Source: an uncultured Nitrospinota bacterium
GTDB taxonomy: Bacteria > Tectomicrobia > Entotheonellia > J063 > CAVPRW01
Direction: 5' to 3'
Assembly: GCA_963707985.1 (NCBI GenBank)
Contig: CAVPRW010000046.1
Coordinates: 32,001 to 96,000 of the forward strand
Length of the DNA stretch: 64,000 bases
The notes under the pieces were generated by a model that saw only the letters and a program-made list of their open reading frames with translations, did not search any database and was not told the origin of the DNA. Positions 20,334-30,451 of this stretch are shown here, in pieces. The first letter of the stretch is position 1; each line of letters starts with the position of its first letter. The position numbers and the translations under genes are program-made.

Positions 20334-23300
20334 CCTTACCAGTCCCTGAGATCGATCAACGCACGGCCATCAGCATCGCCCAGCAGGTGCAGGGCTTGCT
20401 CAAAGTCTACACACCCGCCTGGGAGGAGCTCGATCCCGTGACTGGGGTGGCAACCGGCGTGAGTGGCGCGCTGATCGGGGTCTTTGCGCGGTTCTCAGAA
20501 GTCATTATTCAGCGGCTTAACCAGGCGCCGCAAAAAAACTTCCTTGCCTTTCTCGATTTGCTGGGTGCCGCGCTGCTGCCTCCGCAACCGGCGCGCGCGC
20601 CACTAACGTTCTCTCTGGCTGCCGGTAGCGCCGTCGATGGTTTGGTTCCAGCTGGAACCCAGGCCGCCGCCCCGCCCGCCGAAGGTGAGAAAGACCCGGT
20701 CATTTTTGAAACCGAGCGCGAATTGACCGTCACCGCCGCACAGTTGGCAGCTCTCTTCGTGCGCGATCCCGAGCACGATATGCAAGCCGATCTCAGCCCC
20801 ATCATCACGGCTAGCGCCATCACCTCTGGCTCTGCCGTGGGAGAGCGTGTGTTTCAGGGCAATCGGCCGATTGAGCACCTTCTCTACCTTGGCCATAGCC
20901 AGTTGCTGGGCTTTCCCCGGATTGCCGCTCTCAGCCTCCTGTTTACGTTGGAAGCAGCGCTGCAAGATGCGCGCGAGGTCTGCTGGGAAATCTGGGATGG
21001 TCAGCAATGGCAGGCGCGGACGCCGAGCAATGACCAAACGCAAAATCTCACCCACTCCGGCGTCGTGACGCTTGGGAGTATACCGCCCATTCCCGACAGT
21101 CAGGTGGCTAGCGTCCTCAACCGCTGGCTGCGTTTTCGTCTGATCACGCCTATCACTCTGGCAAGCGAGGCGCGGCTCAACATGGTGCGCGCTACCCAGC
21201 TCCCGAAGGTGCAGCAAGTGCTCATACGCGTTGACCTCCTCCGTGATCTCAGCCAGGGGCTAGCGCCGGATGCGGGTTTCACCAATGCACTGCCAATCGA
21301 GCTCGGGAAAGACTTCTTTCCATTTGGGGAAAAGCCACGGCTCAATGATGCTCTCCAACTGGCCAGCGTTGAAGCATTTTCCAAAGATCGCGCGCAGGGG
21401 TTGGCGGCCGCTGGCGCGACTGTACAACTCGACATCCGGATCGCCAACTCGCATCTGTTGCCTACGGTCACCAGTGTGCGCCCCGCCGCGGACCTGCAAT
21501 TGGTCTGGGAATGTTGGAATGGAAGCGCCTGGCAACGGGTCGGCACGAGCACAGCACCTCCCTGGCTGCGCTTACTGGAAGTGATTCCGCCATTGGAGGT
21601 AACCACCGATACGTCTGTGACGGTCGAGGGCCGCGCGCAAAGAGGCACCGTGGTGCGAGCGCAGATCAGCGGTCAGGTGAGCGGGGTCGCTACTCGCGCC
21701 TTGCGGGTTGGCGATGACGGCCGGTTTGCTATGACGCTGGTATCTCCCTCGGGCCTGATTGTAATCACCTTTACCGCCACCCTTGGCGCCCAAACGACCA
21801 GAGCCTGGGCCACCTTCTTTGCCATGACCGGAGAACTGACGAGGAGGATTGAGCTGACCGTCCAAATACCCTCACTGCCCGTGAGGACTGACACAGTTAA
21901 CCTCATAGTGAATGCCACAGGCACGGACGCCGGCCAAGTGACACAAATCCGCATCACCAACGGCAGCAGTACATCTCCGCCGGTGCTAGGCGCCAAGGGC
22001 ACTACTTTGCAGGTTGGCTTACTCGAAGGCCGCAACGAATTGCTCATCGAAGGACTGGCATCCGCGACAGGCACTGCATTGGCGGCCATCACGCGGACCA
22101 TCAGCCGCGAAGCCAGCCCGCCTCCGCCTGAGACTGGCACAGGATTCGTCGATGGGACGTATGCACTGTGCCAAAGCGGCATCGTCAGATTTATCATACC
22201 AGACCATGTTGAACCAACGTCGCTCGGTGGCCAGCAGAACTTCTGGCTGCGCGTCCGCCTGATTCGGGGCGACTATGGCAAAGACGCGAGTTACAAGCTC
22301 CAAAACCCGGAAGCACCGGAAGCAGGGTTCATACTGATCCCGGAAAACTTCCGCCCGCCTGTGCTCTCGAGCGTCACCATTGGTTACGCACAAACGCTGA
22401 CCGGGCCACCGGAGGTGATGCTGGCCTATAACAATTCGACAGTTACTACAGTGGCGAATGCCACGCAACCCGGTGATCCCCCCTTTGAGCCATTCTGTCG
22501 TGCGCCAGAGGACCGGCCAACTCTCTATATTGGTTTCGCGCTGCCAGCGGACCAGGCCGTATTTCCTAATCGCACGCTCAGTCTCTATGCCCACGTGGGA
22601 GAATCCAAATATGGTGAGCGGCCTATCCCCATTGCCCCCGAAAATAGCAAAGAAATCGGCGTTGCTGCTTCAACGGTGCGTCACGATTTCCTGATCACCA
22701 ATGTGGCCGCTGTGCCGGCCACATTCACCTGCAGCGTTCTCGGGACGCGGTGGCAGCCCCCACCTGCGCCAGTGCCAGCCGCTCAAACGGTGCCAGCCGG
22801 AGAGTCACGAGCGGTGGCGATTCAGGTCACTGTTCCCGAAGGGACGCCGGTGGGTCGAAGCGACCGCGGCTTTCTAAGATTGGAGATCTCCACGGAACAG
22901 GGTCTTGAGTACGTGGCAGATTTTGTCACCTTTGCCGGCGCAGAGGTCTCCACGGGCGAGCGGCTGCAGCTCGTATGGCAATATTGGAATGGCCAGCAAT
23001 GGGCGGTGTTGACGGTGCGCGACGATACCGAGAATTTCACCCGTCCAGGCCTCATTGAATTTCTCGCTCCGCCGGACTTCACTGCGCGCCGCGAGTTTGA
23101 CCAGGGACCACGTTACTGGCTGCGCGTGCGCTGGGAGAAAGGCGAATATGCGCTCGCGCCCAGGTTGCAACGGATGCTGCTCAACACCACGATGGCGGCG
23201 CAGACAGTGACCCTTCGCAACGAGATTCTCGGTTCGAGCGATGCCAGCGCCGAGCAACAGTTCCACGCCACGCGGATGCCCATCCAGCCGGGACAATCCC

Positions 23301-24328
23301 TCGAAGTGCGTGAGCCTGAGCTGCCTTCAGCTGCCGAGCGCGAGGTCGTTACAAGCGAGGAAGGAGCGGATGCGATCACCCTGATTGGTGATACTCCTGG
23401 CCGGCCCAGAGAGATCTGGGTGCGCTGGCATGAAGTGGCGGATTTTTATGGCTCAGGCCCGCGTAGCCGCCATTATGTGCTCGACCATCTCACCGCTGAG
23501 GTGCGCTTCGGTGACGGATTGAACGGTCTAATTCCACCCGCGGGTATCGGCAATATTCGCTTGGCGCGCTATCAAATCGGCGGGGGAAGTGCAGGCAATA
23601 GACCAGCGGGCACGATCGTGCAATTGAAGACGACGGTGCCCTACGTCGATAAGGTTACGAACACGGAGGCGGCAGCCGGCGGGGCCGACGCTGAAACCCT
23701 CGATTCACTATTGATGCGTGCGCCGCGAACGCTGCGCCATGGCCATCGTGCGGTGACCGTGGAGGATTATGAAGACCTGGCCATTCTGGCCACGCCGGAA
23801 GTGGCACGGGCGCGGTGTGTCCCTTTACGCAATCTGATCGCCGATCCGCTCGGCGCGCAGCCGATTGAGCGGGGTGAAGTCAGTGTCATTATCGTGCCGC
23901 GCTCACGCGACGCCAAACCGCAACCAAGCTTGGAGTTACTCAGTCGAGTGCAAGATTACCTGGAGGCATACAGTGTGCCAACGGCGCACATCTCGGTCGT
24001 TGGGCCGTTGTACGTCCGTGTTCAGGTGACAGCAGAAATCGCGCTGGCGTCGCTCGAAGGTGCAAGTGCTCTCGAGCAGGCCGTGCAACAGACACTTGCC
24101 GCCTTTTTGCATCCGCTGACCGGCGGGCTGGATGGTACCGGTTGGGATTTCGGCCGTAAACCGCACCGTTCAGACCTCTATGCCTTGATCGAGGCCATAC
24201 CTGGTGTCGATCATCTCCGTTTGCTCGCCATTGCGGAGATTGAAGATCAACCCGGGGTGAGCGCCAGTGACCGTTTCTTGGTCTTCTCCGGCACGCATAC
24301 GATCAACCTGGTATTTGAAGAAGCCTGA
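20330..24328 (+). CDS. Large baseplate J-like protein (Afp11/12-like) with inserted beta-sandwich domains
   Basis: 1332 aa; IIQRLNQAPQKNFLAFLDLLG, FETE, VRFGDG, GGADAETL, RAVTVEDYE, FLHPLTGG.DG.GWDFGR. Confidence 0.9.
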   Translation: MTLPVPEIDQRTAISIAQQVQGLLKVYTPAWEELDPVTGVATGVSGALIGVFARFSEVIIQRLNQAPQKNFLAFLDLLGAALLPPQPARAPLTFSLAAGSAVDGLVPAGTQAAAPPAEGEKDPVIFETERELTVTAAQLAALFVRDPEHDMQADLSPIITASAITSGSAVGERVFQGNRPIEHLLYLGHSQLLGFPRIAALSLLFTLEAALQDAREVCWEIWDGQQWQARTPSNDQTQNLTHSGVVTLGSIPPIPDSQVASVLNRWLRFRLITPITLASEARLNMVRATQLPKVQQVLIRVDLLRDLSQGLAPDAGFTNALPIELGKDFFPFGEKPRLNDALQLASVEAFSKDRAQGLAAAGATVQLDIRIANSHLLPTVTSVRPAADLQLVWECWNGSAWQRVGTSTAPPWLRLLEVIPPLEVTTDTSVTVEGRAQRGTVVRAQISGQVSGVATRALRVGDDGRFAMTLVSPSGLIVITFTATLGAQTTRAWATFFAMTGELTRRIELTVQIPSLPVRTDTVNLIVNATGTDAGQVTQIRITNGSSTSPPVLGAKGTTLQVGLLEGRNELLIEGLASATGTALAAITRTISREASPPPPETGTGFVDGTYALCQSGIVRFIIPDHVEPTSLGGQQNFWLRVRLIRGDYGKDASYKLQNPEAPEAGFILIPENFRPPVLSSVTIGYAQTLTGPPEVMLAYNNSTVTTVANATQPGDPPFEPFCRAPEDRPTLYIGFALPADQAVFPNRTLSLYAHVGESKYGERPIPIAPENSKEIGVAASTVRHDFLITNVAAVPATFTCSVLGTRWQPPPAPVPAAQTVPAGESRAVAIQVTVPEGTPVGRSDRGFLRLEISTEQGLEYVADFVTFAGAEVSTGERLQLVWQYWNGQQWAVLTVRDDTENFTRPGLIEFLAPPDFTARREFDQGPRYWLRVRWEKGEYALAPRLQRMLLNTTMAAQTVTLRNEILGSSDASAEQQFHATRMPIQPGQSLEVREPELPSAAEREVVTSEEGADAITLIGDTPGRPREIWVRWHEVADFYGSGPRSRHYVLDHLTAEVRFGDGLNGLIPPAGIGNIRLARYQIGGGSAGNRPAGTIVQLKTTVPYVDKVTNTEAAAGGADAETLDSLLMRAPRTLRHGHRAVTVEDYEDLAILATPEVARARCVPLRNLIADPLGAQPIERGEVSVIIVPRSRDAKPQPSLELLSRVQDYLEAYSVPTAHISVVGPLYVRVQVTAEIALASLEGASALEQAVQQTLAAFLHPLTGGLDGTGWDFGRKPHRSDLYALIEAIPGVDHLRLLAIAEIEDQPGVSASDRFLVFSGTHTINLVFEEA

Positions 24329-24375
24329 GCCGAAGGCGTGAACCCGTTTCCAAGAGTTATGGAAGAAGGCGCTGT

Positions 24376-25353
24376 ATGCCCCTGCAACTGCCCAATCTCG
24401 ATGATCGCCGCTACCCCGATCTGGTGGATGAGGCGCGCCGTCTGATTCCAACGTATGCGCCGGAATGGACCAACCATAATCCTTCCGATCCAGGTATCAC
24501 GCTCGTTGAGCTGTTCGCCTTTTTGAGCGAGATGTTGCTCTACCGACTCAATCGCGTCACCGCCGCCAATGTCCTGTCTTTCCTCAAATTGTTGAACGGA
24601 ACGGATTGGAACCCATTTGAGGAGGGCGAGCACAAGCTGACTGAGAGTGAGAAGGCAGCGATTGCCGCGCAGCTCCGGCAGCTTTCCGCGGCAGGGCTCA
24701 CGCAGTTGATCGCCCAACAGCTACCGAAGACGGTGCTGAAATTACGACGGTTGGAACGTACGGTGTCGTGCGGCGATTTCGAGACTTTGGCGCTGGAAGC
24801 CGACACGCGAGTGGCCCGCGCACGCTGCCTGCCGCGCCGCAACTTGGAGAGAGAGCTGGATCAGGAGACTCCTGGCCACGTGACGGTGATTATTCTGCCG
24901 CGATCGAACATGGGTCCGGAGTTACCAAACCTGCTAGCGGCCGTTGAAAACTATCTGACGCCGAAGCTCCTGTTGACGACGCAACTGCATGTGCTCGAAC
25001 CGCTATTTTTGCCTGTGGAGGTCAAAGCCACTGTCGTACCCCTGCCCGATGAGTTGGAATCAACGCTGCAACAGCGCGTGATCGATGCGATGAAGTACTT
25101 TCTCGATCCCCTCACGGGTGGGGAGGACGGCAAAGGTTGGCCGTTTGGCCGCAATGTATTCGTTTCGGAAATGTATAGTTTACTCGATCAACTGCCGGGC
25201 GTGGATTACGTGACGACCTTGACCCTGACCCCTCCCACGCCCGATCGTTTGCTCAATAACAGCGCAGGTGAGTTGATTGGCGTGGAAGTCAAGCCCTATG
25301 AGCTGGTCGCGGCGCAGATTGCCCCAGCCGGTCTGACGGTGCAGACTTCGTAG
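24376..25353 (+). CDS. Baseplate J/gp47-like protein (short)
   Basis: LPNLDDRRY.DLV.EA, PEWTNHNPSDPGITLVELFA, FLDPLTGGEDG.GWPFGR. Confidence 0.92.
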   Translation: MPLQLPNLDDRRYPDLVDEARRLIPTYAPEWTNHNPSDPGITLVELFAFLSEMLLYRLNRVTAANVLSFLKLLNGTDWNPFEEGEHKLTESEKAAIAAQLRQLSAAGLTQLIAQQLPKTVLKLRRLERTVSCGDFETLALEADTRVARARCLPRRNLERELDQETPGHVTVIILPRSNMGPELPNLLAAVENYLTPKLLLTTQLHVLEPLFLPVEVKATVVPLPDELESTLQQRVIDAMKYFLDPLTGGEDGKGWPFGRNVFVSEMYSLLDQLPGVDYVTTLTLTPPTPDRLLNNSAGELIGVEVKPYELVAAQIAPAGLTVQTS

Positions 25354-25380
25354 CCTCAAACCCGACTGTAGGTGAGTGCG

Positions 25381-26049
25381 ATGGCGATTGATCCGAATGC
25401 GGCTAGTAGCTACCTCCAGGACCTCCCGGCGATCTTCAGCGAGGATCCATTTTTGGGCCGCTTCCTGTTGGCCTTTGAGCAGGTCTTGACCGGACTGCCG
25501 GGACTGGCTGGTCGTGAACCTGCGCCGCCGCATGGCCTGGAAGAAATCATTGCGACGATGGCGCTGCTGTTCGATCCAAAGGAGACGCGGGAGGAGTTTC
25601 TCCCGTGGCTGGCCAGTTGGGTGGCGCTTGGCCTGCGTGCCGACTGGACCCCAGCCCAGAAGCGAGACTTCTTGGCCAATATTGTGCCGCTCTATCGCCG
25701 GCGGGGCACCAAAGACAATTTGGCCGAGTTATTGCGCATCTATACTGGCCTCAGTCCGGTAATCACGGGGGCGGGCGATAGCGATTTCCAGATTGGCGTA
25801 CATTCGACGATCGGCATGGACACGCAGATTGGCGGCAGCGTACCGCATTTCTTCCGCGTCAGCGTGACGATGCCCAATCCCGACCCACCCACCTTACAGC
25901 GCCAGCGTCAAATTGCCACAGCGCTGATCGAGCTGCAAAAGCCGGCGCATACGGATTATGAGCTCGACATTTTATTCAACACCATGCAGATCGGAGTGCG
26001 TTCCACCATCGGCGTCGACACGCTGCTGGGAAGCCTCTCCACCACATAA
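25381..26049 (+). CDS. Phage tail protein I-like (P2 gpI) baseplate wedge protein
   Basis: YLQDLPAIF, FLPWLASWV, LYRRRGT, KPAHT. Confidence 0.9.
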   Translation: MAIDPNAASSYLQDLPAIFSEDPFLGRFLLAFEQVLTGLPGLAGREPAPPHGLEEIIATMALLFDPKETREEFLPWLASWVALGLRADWTPAQKRDFLANIVPLYRRRGTKDNLAELLRIYTGLSPVITGAGDSDFQIGVHSTIGMDTQIGGSVPHFFRVSVTMPNPDPPTLQRQRQIATALIELQKPAHTDYELDILFNTMQIGVRSTIGVDTLLGSLSTT

Positions 26050-26066
26050 CAGACAGGAGAGCAGAC

Positions 26067-27848
26067 GTGGCCATCAAGCGACTGCATTATTTCGACCATC
26101 AATTTCTCGTCGAGGCGGATTTTAGCGACGAGCAAAAATACCATCTGGATATGCGCCGCCGCCTGAACCGGATGCTGTATACGTTTGGCATCGCAGACGG
26201 GCTGGAGGTCGTGAAAAGCGCCAGCAAAACGGTGACCGTGCGTCCCGGCGTGGCGATCGATCGCCTCGGTCGGGAGATGATCGTGGAAGCGGACCAGATC
26301 GTTGACTTGAGTAATGCCGTCGCGTTTCCCGCTGGTGCAACCGTGTTTATCACGATCGCCTACCAGGAGCAAGAGAGTGATCCCACCACCGCTACAGGCG
26401 TTTCCGGCAACACCCGCATCACCGAGCAGCCTGGCGTCCAAGCGGTCACGGTCGCTCCGCCGAGCGACGGTACGGTGGTGCAACTAGCCCGCCTGACGCT
26501 GGACTCCAGTGCCAACGTGCCGGGCAATGTCAACGACGCCTTCGATGGTGGCGCGCGCCAGCGGATTGGTCCCCGAGGTGAGCGAGGGCCGGCGACCCTT
26601 GATAACGTCAGCAACCCAGGGGGGAATATTGACCTGGTTCCGGCCAACACCGTTACCATCGTGCCAGACGATGCCAATAACCGCATCACCATTGGTGAGA
26701 CCCACTCCGCCCTCACCAACAACCCGCACAATACCACGGCCGCACAGGTCGGGGCCGTGGTCAGCGTCGATGGGGTAAGCAACGCGGGAGGGAATATCGA
26801 CCTGGTGCAGGCCAACACCGTCACCATCGTGCCGGACGATGCCAATAACCGCATCACCATTGGCGAGACCCACTCCGCCCTCACCAACAACCCGCACAAT
26901 ACCACGGCCGCCCAGGTCGGGGCCGTGGTCAGCGTGGATGGGGTGAGCAATGCGGGAGGGAATATCGACCTGGTCCAGGCCAACAGCGTCACCATTGTGC
27001 CGGACGATGCCAATAACCGCATCACCATTGGTGAGACCCACTCCGCTCTCACGACCAACCCGCACAACACCACGGCGGCGCAGGTTGGGGCGCTCCCTGT
27101 TGCTGGCGGTACTGTCACAGGTACTCTTTCGATCAGTGACGGTACGGCAATGATCGGTCTTGGCGGTGACGCCACCACTGGTTTCGGGACAGCGACTGGT
27201 AAACGGCAAGCCCTCTTCATCTCGGGCGCCACAAACACTAGCGTGGGTGGAGGTCCAACCACCGCTGTCTTGATCTGGCCGCTGGCGCAAAATGTGTCAG
27301 GCCTGAATATTTTTGCCGCGACAGGCGCCGTGGATACGCTGAATGTCGCTGGGACAGCGCGTTTTACCGGGACCAAAATCGGTTACGTCGCGGACAGCTT
27401 TGTCAATGGCAGTGGCACCATGCTGCGCACAGGAGATGTGGTGAAGCTGAAGGCGGGCGGCAGCATTCGTTTTCACGGGGACAATAATCGCATCCCCATC
27501 CCAGAAGTCACCCTGGCTGATAGCGAGAACGACCCCCTGGTTATTGGCATCGTCGCCCAGGAAGCCACGCCTGCGGTGGATGAGCCGGACCGCCGCACAG
27601 AGCCGGACGACCCCACGACCATCCCGGACACCGGGGAGCTGTTCGTCGTGACGTTGGGAACCTATGCCCATTGCAAAGTGGATGCCACTGTAGCCCCCAT
27701 CGAGGTGGGCGATTTATTGACATCCTCTGCCAATCCCGGTCACGCCAAAAAAGCCACCGATCCGAAGATCGGCGCCATTATCGGCAAGGCGTTAGAACCC
27801 CTGCGCGAAGGGACCGGTTATATCGCCGTATTTGTGAACATCCAGTAG
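26067..27848 (+). CDS. Tail fibre protein (Afp13-like) with three 56-aa repeats and a C-terminal chaperone-like domain
   Basis: N-terminal KRLHYFDHQFL..DF..EQ.YH and PGVAID..GREM; H..NPH.T..QVGA repeats; C-terminal KVDA..PIEVGDLLTSS..GHA.KA..IIGKALE. Confidence 0.85.
   Translation: MAIKRLHYFDHQFLVEADFSDEQKYHLDMRRRLNRMLYTFGIADGLEVVKSASKTVTVRPGVAIDRLGREMIVEADQIVDLSNAVAFPAGATVFITIAYQEQESDPTTATGVSGNTRITEQPGVQAVTVAPPSDGTVVQLARLTLDSSANVPGNVNDAFDGGARQRIGPRGERGPATLDNVSNPGGNIDLVPANTVTIVPDDANNRITIGETHSALTNNPHNTTAAQVGAVVSVDGVSNAGGNIDLVQANTVTIVPDDANNRITIGETHSALTNNPHNTTAAQVGAVVSVDGVSNAGGNIDLVQANSVTIVPDDANNRITIGETHSALTTNPHNTTAAQVGALPVAGGTVTGTLSISDGTAMIGLGGDATTGFGTATGKRQALFISGATNTSVGGGPTTAVLIWPLAQNVSGLNIFAATGAVDTLNVAGTARFTGTKIGYVADSFVNGSGTMLRTGDVVKLKAGGSIRFHGDNNRIPIPEVTLADSENDPLVIGIVAQEATPAVDEPDRRTEPDDPTTIPDTGELFVVTLGTYAHCKVDATVAPIEVGDLLTSSANPGHAKKATDPKIGAIIGKALEPLREGTGYIAVFVNIQ
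26599..27092 (+). repeat. Three tandem 168-bp coding repeats in the tail fibre
   Basis: The AATAT anchor recurs at 26625, 26793 and 26961 (period 168 bp = 56 aa). Confidence 0.95.
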
Positions 27849-27865
27849 GAGGAAAGGAGGAAGCG

Positions 27866-28294
27866 ATGCCTACGGCGTTTTTTCAAGTGCGTGTGTCCGT
27901 CCAACCCAAGAGTGGCGGCGAGGCGGAGCTGATGCCACCGCCAGCCATACAGGGATTGAATTATCAATTCGTCCTTGTCAAGGATGGGGGCGAAGAGGCC
28001 ATTATGAAGCTTGACGGACCTGACTCAGCGCTCAAGCAAGTCGAAAAGGATAAAGATTGCAAAAAATTGACACCGAGGCAAGTAGAAACCCTGCGAACTA
28101 CTTATCCAAAACCCAAGCTTAAAATGAAATACCGTGCACAACTCCAGCTCCAGGAAAGCGGAGAGGCCATACCGGTGCCGGCGTCGTTTGAAGTGGATGA
28201 GGCAGGAAATAAGATTGTCGAGACTGTTCAAACGGTCCGTTCGGGATTCTATCTGATTGACGTGCCAGTCTTATCACAGCCGACCACCGCATAG
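27866..28294 (+). CDS. Hypothetical protein, last gene of the eCIS operon
   Basis: Strong RBS AGGAGGAAAGGAGG; ATG 17 nt after the fibre stop; 142 aa, Lys-rich. Confidence 0.75.
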   Translation: MPTAFFQVRVSVQPKSGGEAELMPPPAIQGLNYQFVLVKDGGEEAIMKLDGPDSALKQVEKDKDCKKLTPRQVETLRTTYPKPKLKMKYRAQLQLQESGEAIPVPASFEVDEAGNKIVETVQTVRSGFYLIDVPVLSQPTTA

Positions 28295-28719
28295 AGCGCA
28301 CAGGGGAGGCCGCCATGCATGAACGCCTGGCAATTCGCATGCTGCCCCCCTCACGCCTACCCTCTTATCCCAGTTATTCGTGCTCGCCAAAATGCGGCGC
28401 AGGCTCTGTGCCCCAACGATACAGGGCGTCTTGCTCCGGGAAATCGTGCGGCTCCGAGGCACAGAGCTCCGGGCTGTGATCAAGATCGAAAAAGTACTCG
28501 GCAACGCTCCCCCAGGGATCACGGATGTTGAGCAGATTCCCATAAGGGTTACGAATCCAGTAATTGGCGGGAGGGAAGGCGGGAAGAAAAGGCATTTCCC
28601 GCGGTAGGCGAGTATAGGCTTAGGCGTCCTCCTGCTGCCGCTAACCCAAGCTCACGATCCGCCAGCTGGTCGTGTAAGGGAGGAGGCCGGCCCTGGTGGG
28701 CCGACCCCCTCACGACTCA

Positions 28720-29010
28720 CTACGTAACGTCGTACCACACCTCATAGTGATAGCCCGACGAAGTCGCAGTAAGGGGCGGATTGCCGACCAAGGTCGGCGT
28801 CTGATTGACGGTCCACTTGCCGAGCGACTTTTCGCTCTTGTTGTTGTTCTGCTCCTTAAGTTCGACCAGAACGCTTCCGCTGAAGCTGCGTGACACATTC
28901 GGGTGCTCCCTCTCACCCTTCTCCATCTTCGCATCCCAGACCTGCTGGCCGGCGATGTAGAGCCGTGGCTCGTCGTTGCCGACGATGTCTTGCGGCCGGA
29001 TGCATGTGAC
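28720..29010 (-). pseudogene. Probable fragment of a small beta-rich protein (N-terminus missing)
   Basis: CIRPQDIVGNDEPRLYIAG...VLVELKEQ...YHYEVWYDVT reads as coding; no convincing start. Confidence 0.4.
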
Positions 29011-29519
29011 CGTCGGTTTCGGTCGAACGGATTCAGCTGTGCTGATTGCCCCTGGTGACAGGTTTGTTGACTTACTGCTGGCGAATTCGCACCCTCGATT
29101 CTCACAGGACCTCGAGGCTATGGCCGTAGACAGGGGTAGAGGCCATGATCGAGATCCGCCAGGCACACTTCCATGGCGCCTCACCTCCACCCTCATGCGG
29201 TAGGGCAAGAGTTATACCAACGGACCCCTGATCTGGGCCACACCTCGCGGGTGGCTCTTTCGCTTCGATTGACCGGAATGACAAAAAGTGCGCGAGCGCC
29301 AACATTGTTTACGTCTGCTGCGGAATGAAGCCGACCGTGTTGGACCTCGACGTAACGCGGTATGGCTTTCCGGGCGCTAGGGCTGGATTGGTCAGCGATG
29401 CTCATACGCGTCGATCTGACTACGGCTTCTATGCACCGTGCGGCTTTCGGGGCGGGTTAAGCGGGTGTTTGGTAAACAAGGTCGAGTTCACTCCGCACCA
29501 GAGTAAAGGATGTCTTGGC

Positions 29520-29682
29520 GAGCGCTGCGATGGTGGTCAGTGCATTTTACATGTTCGTGCGGCAAGAGACGAATCGTGAATGAGGCGCCGCCTATTTTGA
29601 CGAACAACGCCGCCACCACGTGGTGGATCGATTGATGCGACGGATCGAGCAACTTGGCTATTACCTCCACCTCGAACCGTGA
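29520..29682 (+). pseudogene. IS110-family transposase C-terminal remnant
   Basis: VVSAFYMFVRQETNRE*GAAYFDEQRRHHVVDRLMRRIEQLGYYLHLEP resembles the IS110 C-terminus; internal stop. Confidence 0.65.
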
Positions 29683-29772
29683 CCCACGACTGCATCGTAG
29701 GTTATTTTCAAGGGAGCCGTATGGAACACCTGGGAGCCGTGTTCGTCATGCTCATCATGAAGGGAGGCCGTT

Positions 29773-30196
29773 ATGGGTGACGCTGGTATGTCAGCTCATG
29801 TCGCTAAGGGACCTGTACATCAAGCGGTGGATTGGGTCGTGAATCATCAGGGCGGAGATGGCCAATTCGATATGCGCCAGAGTTTCCTCGACGATCTCAA
29901 GTCGAACGGAGATTATCTAGACATCCTCTACGATGCCTTGCGCTCCTTCCTGAGGGCAGAGGGATTGCCTTCCCAGTTGGCAGACGAGCATGCGGCCTCC
30001 CTCATCCGTCACCTCTCTAGGAGTTGGTACAATGAGTGGTGGCGCCAGCATCAACCCGTGCTACCCATTGTGCGTGCTGGGTTGATCAAAGCTATCCATG
30101 TGGCGAATACGGTCAAACCCCAGCTGCCCATTGAGTCCTATTGGATCGCGGCTGGCCCTCACGACAGCCCGGCGAGTCCCTTTGAGGTGATCGTTT
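29773..30196 (+). pseudogene. Hypothetical protein truncated by the IS6 mini-element
   Basis: RBS GGGAGG before ATG 29773; the reading frame runs into the IS6 terminal repeat at 30197. Confidence 0.5.
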
Positions 30197-30451
30197 GGCG
30201 TTGTCAACTTGTTGCCTGTCGACATGATCAACGCGCATGCGGGTACACGATGGCCTCATCGTGACGTATGAGGCCACGGGCGAACAGGAGCTCTTCCCCG
30301 TCGCGGTCGCTCAGACAGAACCGGCAAGAGAGCCAGACGCCATGGCTGATGATTTCAGGTGGAAATCGGTGGTTCTTGGCGGTGGGGGTTGACGTATTCA
30401 TGACTGGAGTAGGTCACACTGAGCGAGGCTCAGCAACAAGTTGACAATGCC
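30197..30451 (-). mobile_element. Internally deleted IS6-family element (255 bp, both TIRs)
   Basis: TIRs GGCGTTGTCAACTTGTTGC / GGCATTGTCAACTTGTTGC (18/19 match). Encodes MNTSTPTAKNHRFPPEIISHGVWL..FCLSDRDGEELLFARG from 30401. Confidence 0.85.

Noticed and set aside
26599..27092. Possible CRISPR array
   Set aside because: Repeats are 168 bp, contiguous, in frame and have no unique spacers; no cas genes in the window.
10171..27848. Prophage tail operon or T6SS
   Set aside because: No capsid, portal, terminase or integrase, and no TssJ/L/M, TssK or ClpV; DUF4255, DUF4157 and the Afp15-like ATPase indicate eCIS.
28374..28595. 73-aa minus-strand ORF after the eCIS
   Set aside because: No recognisable motif or clear RBS; cannot be supported.
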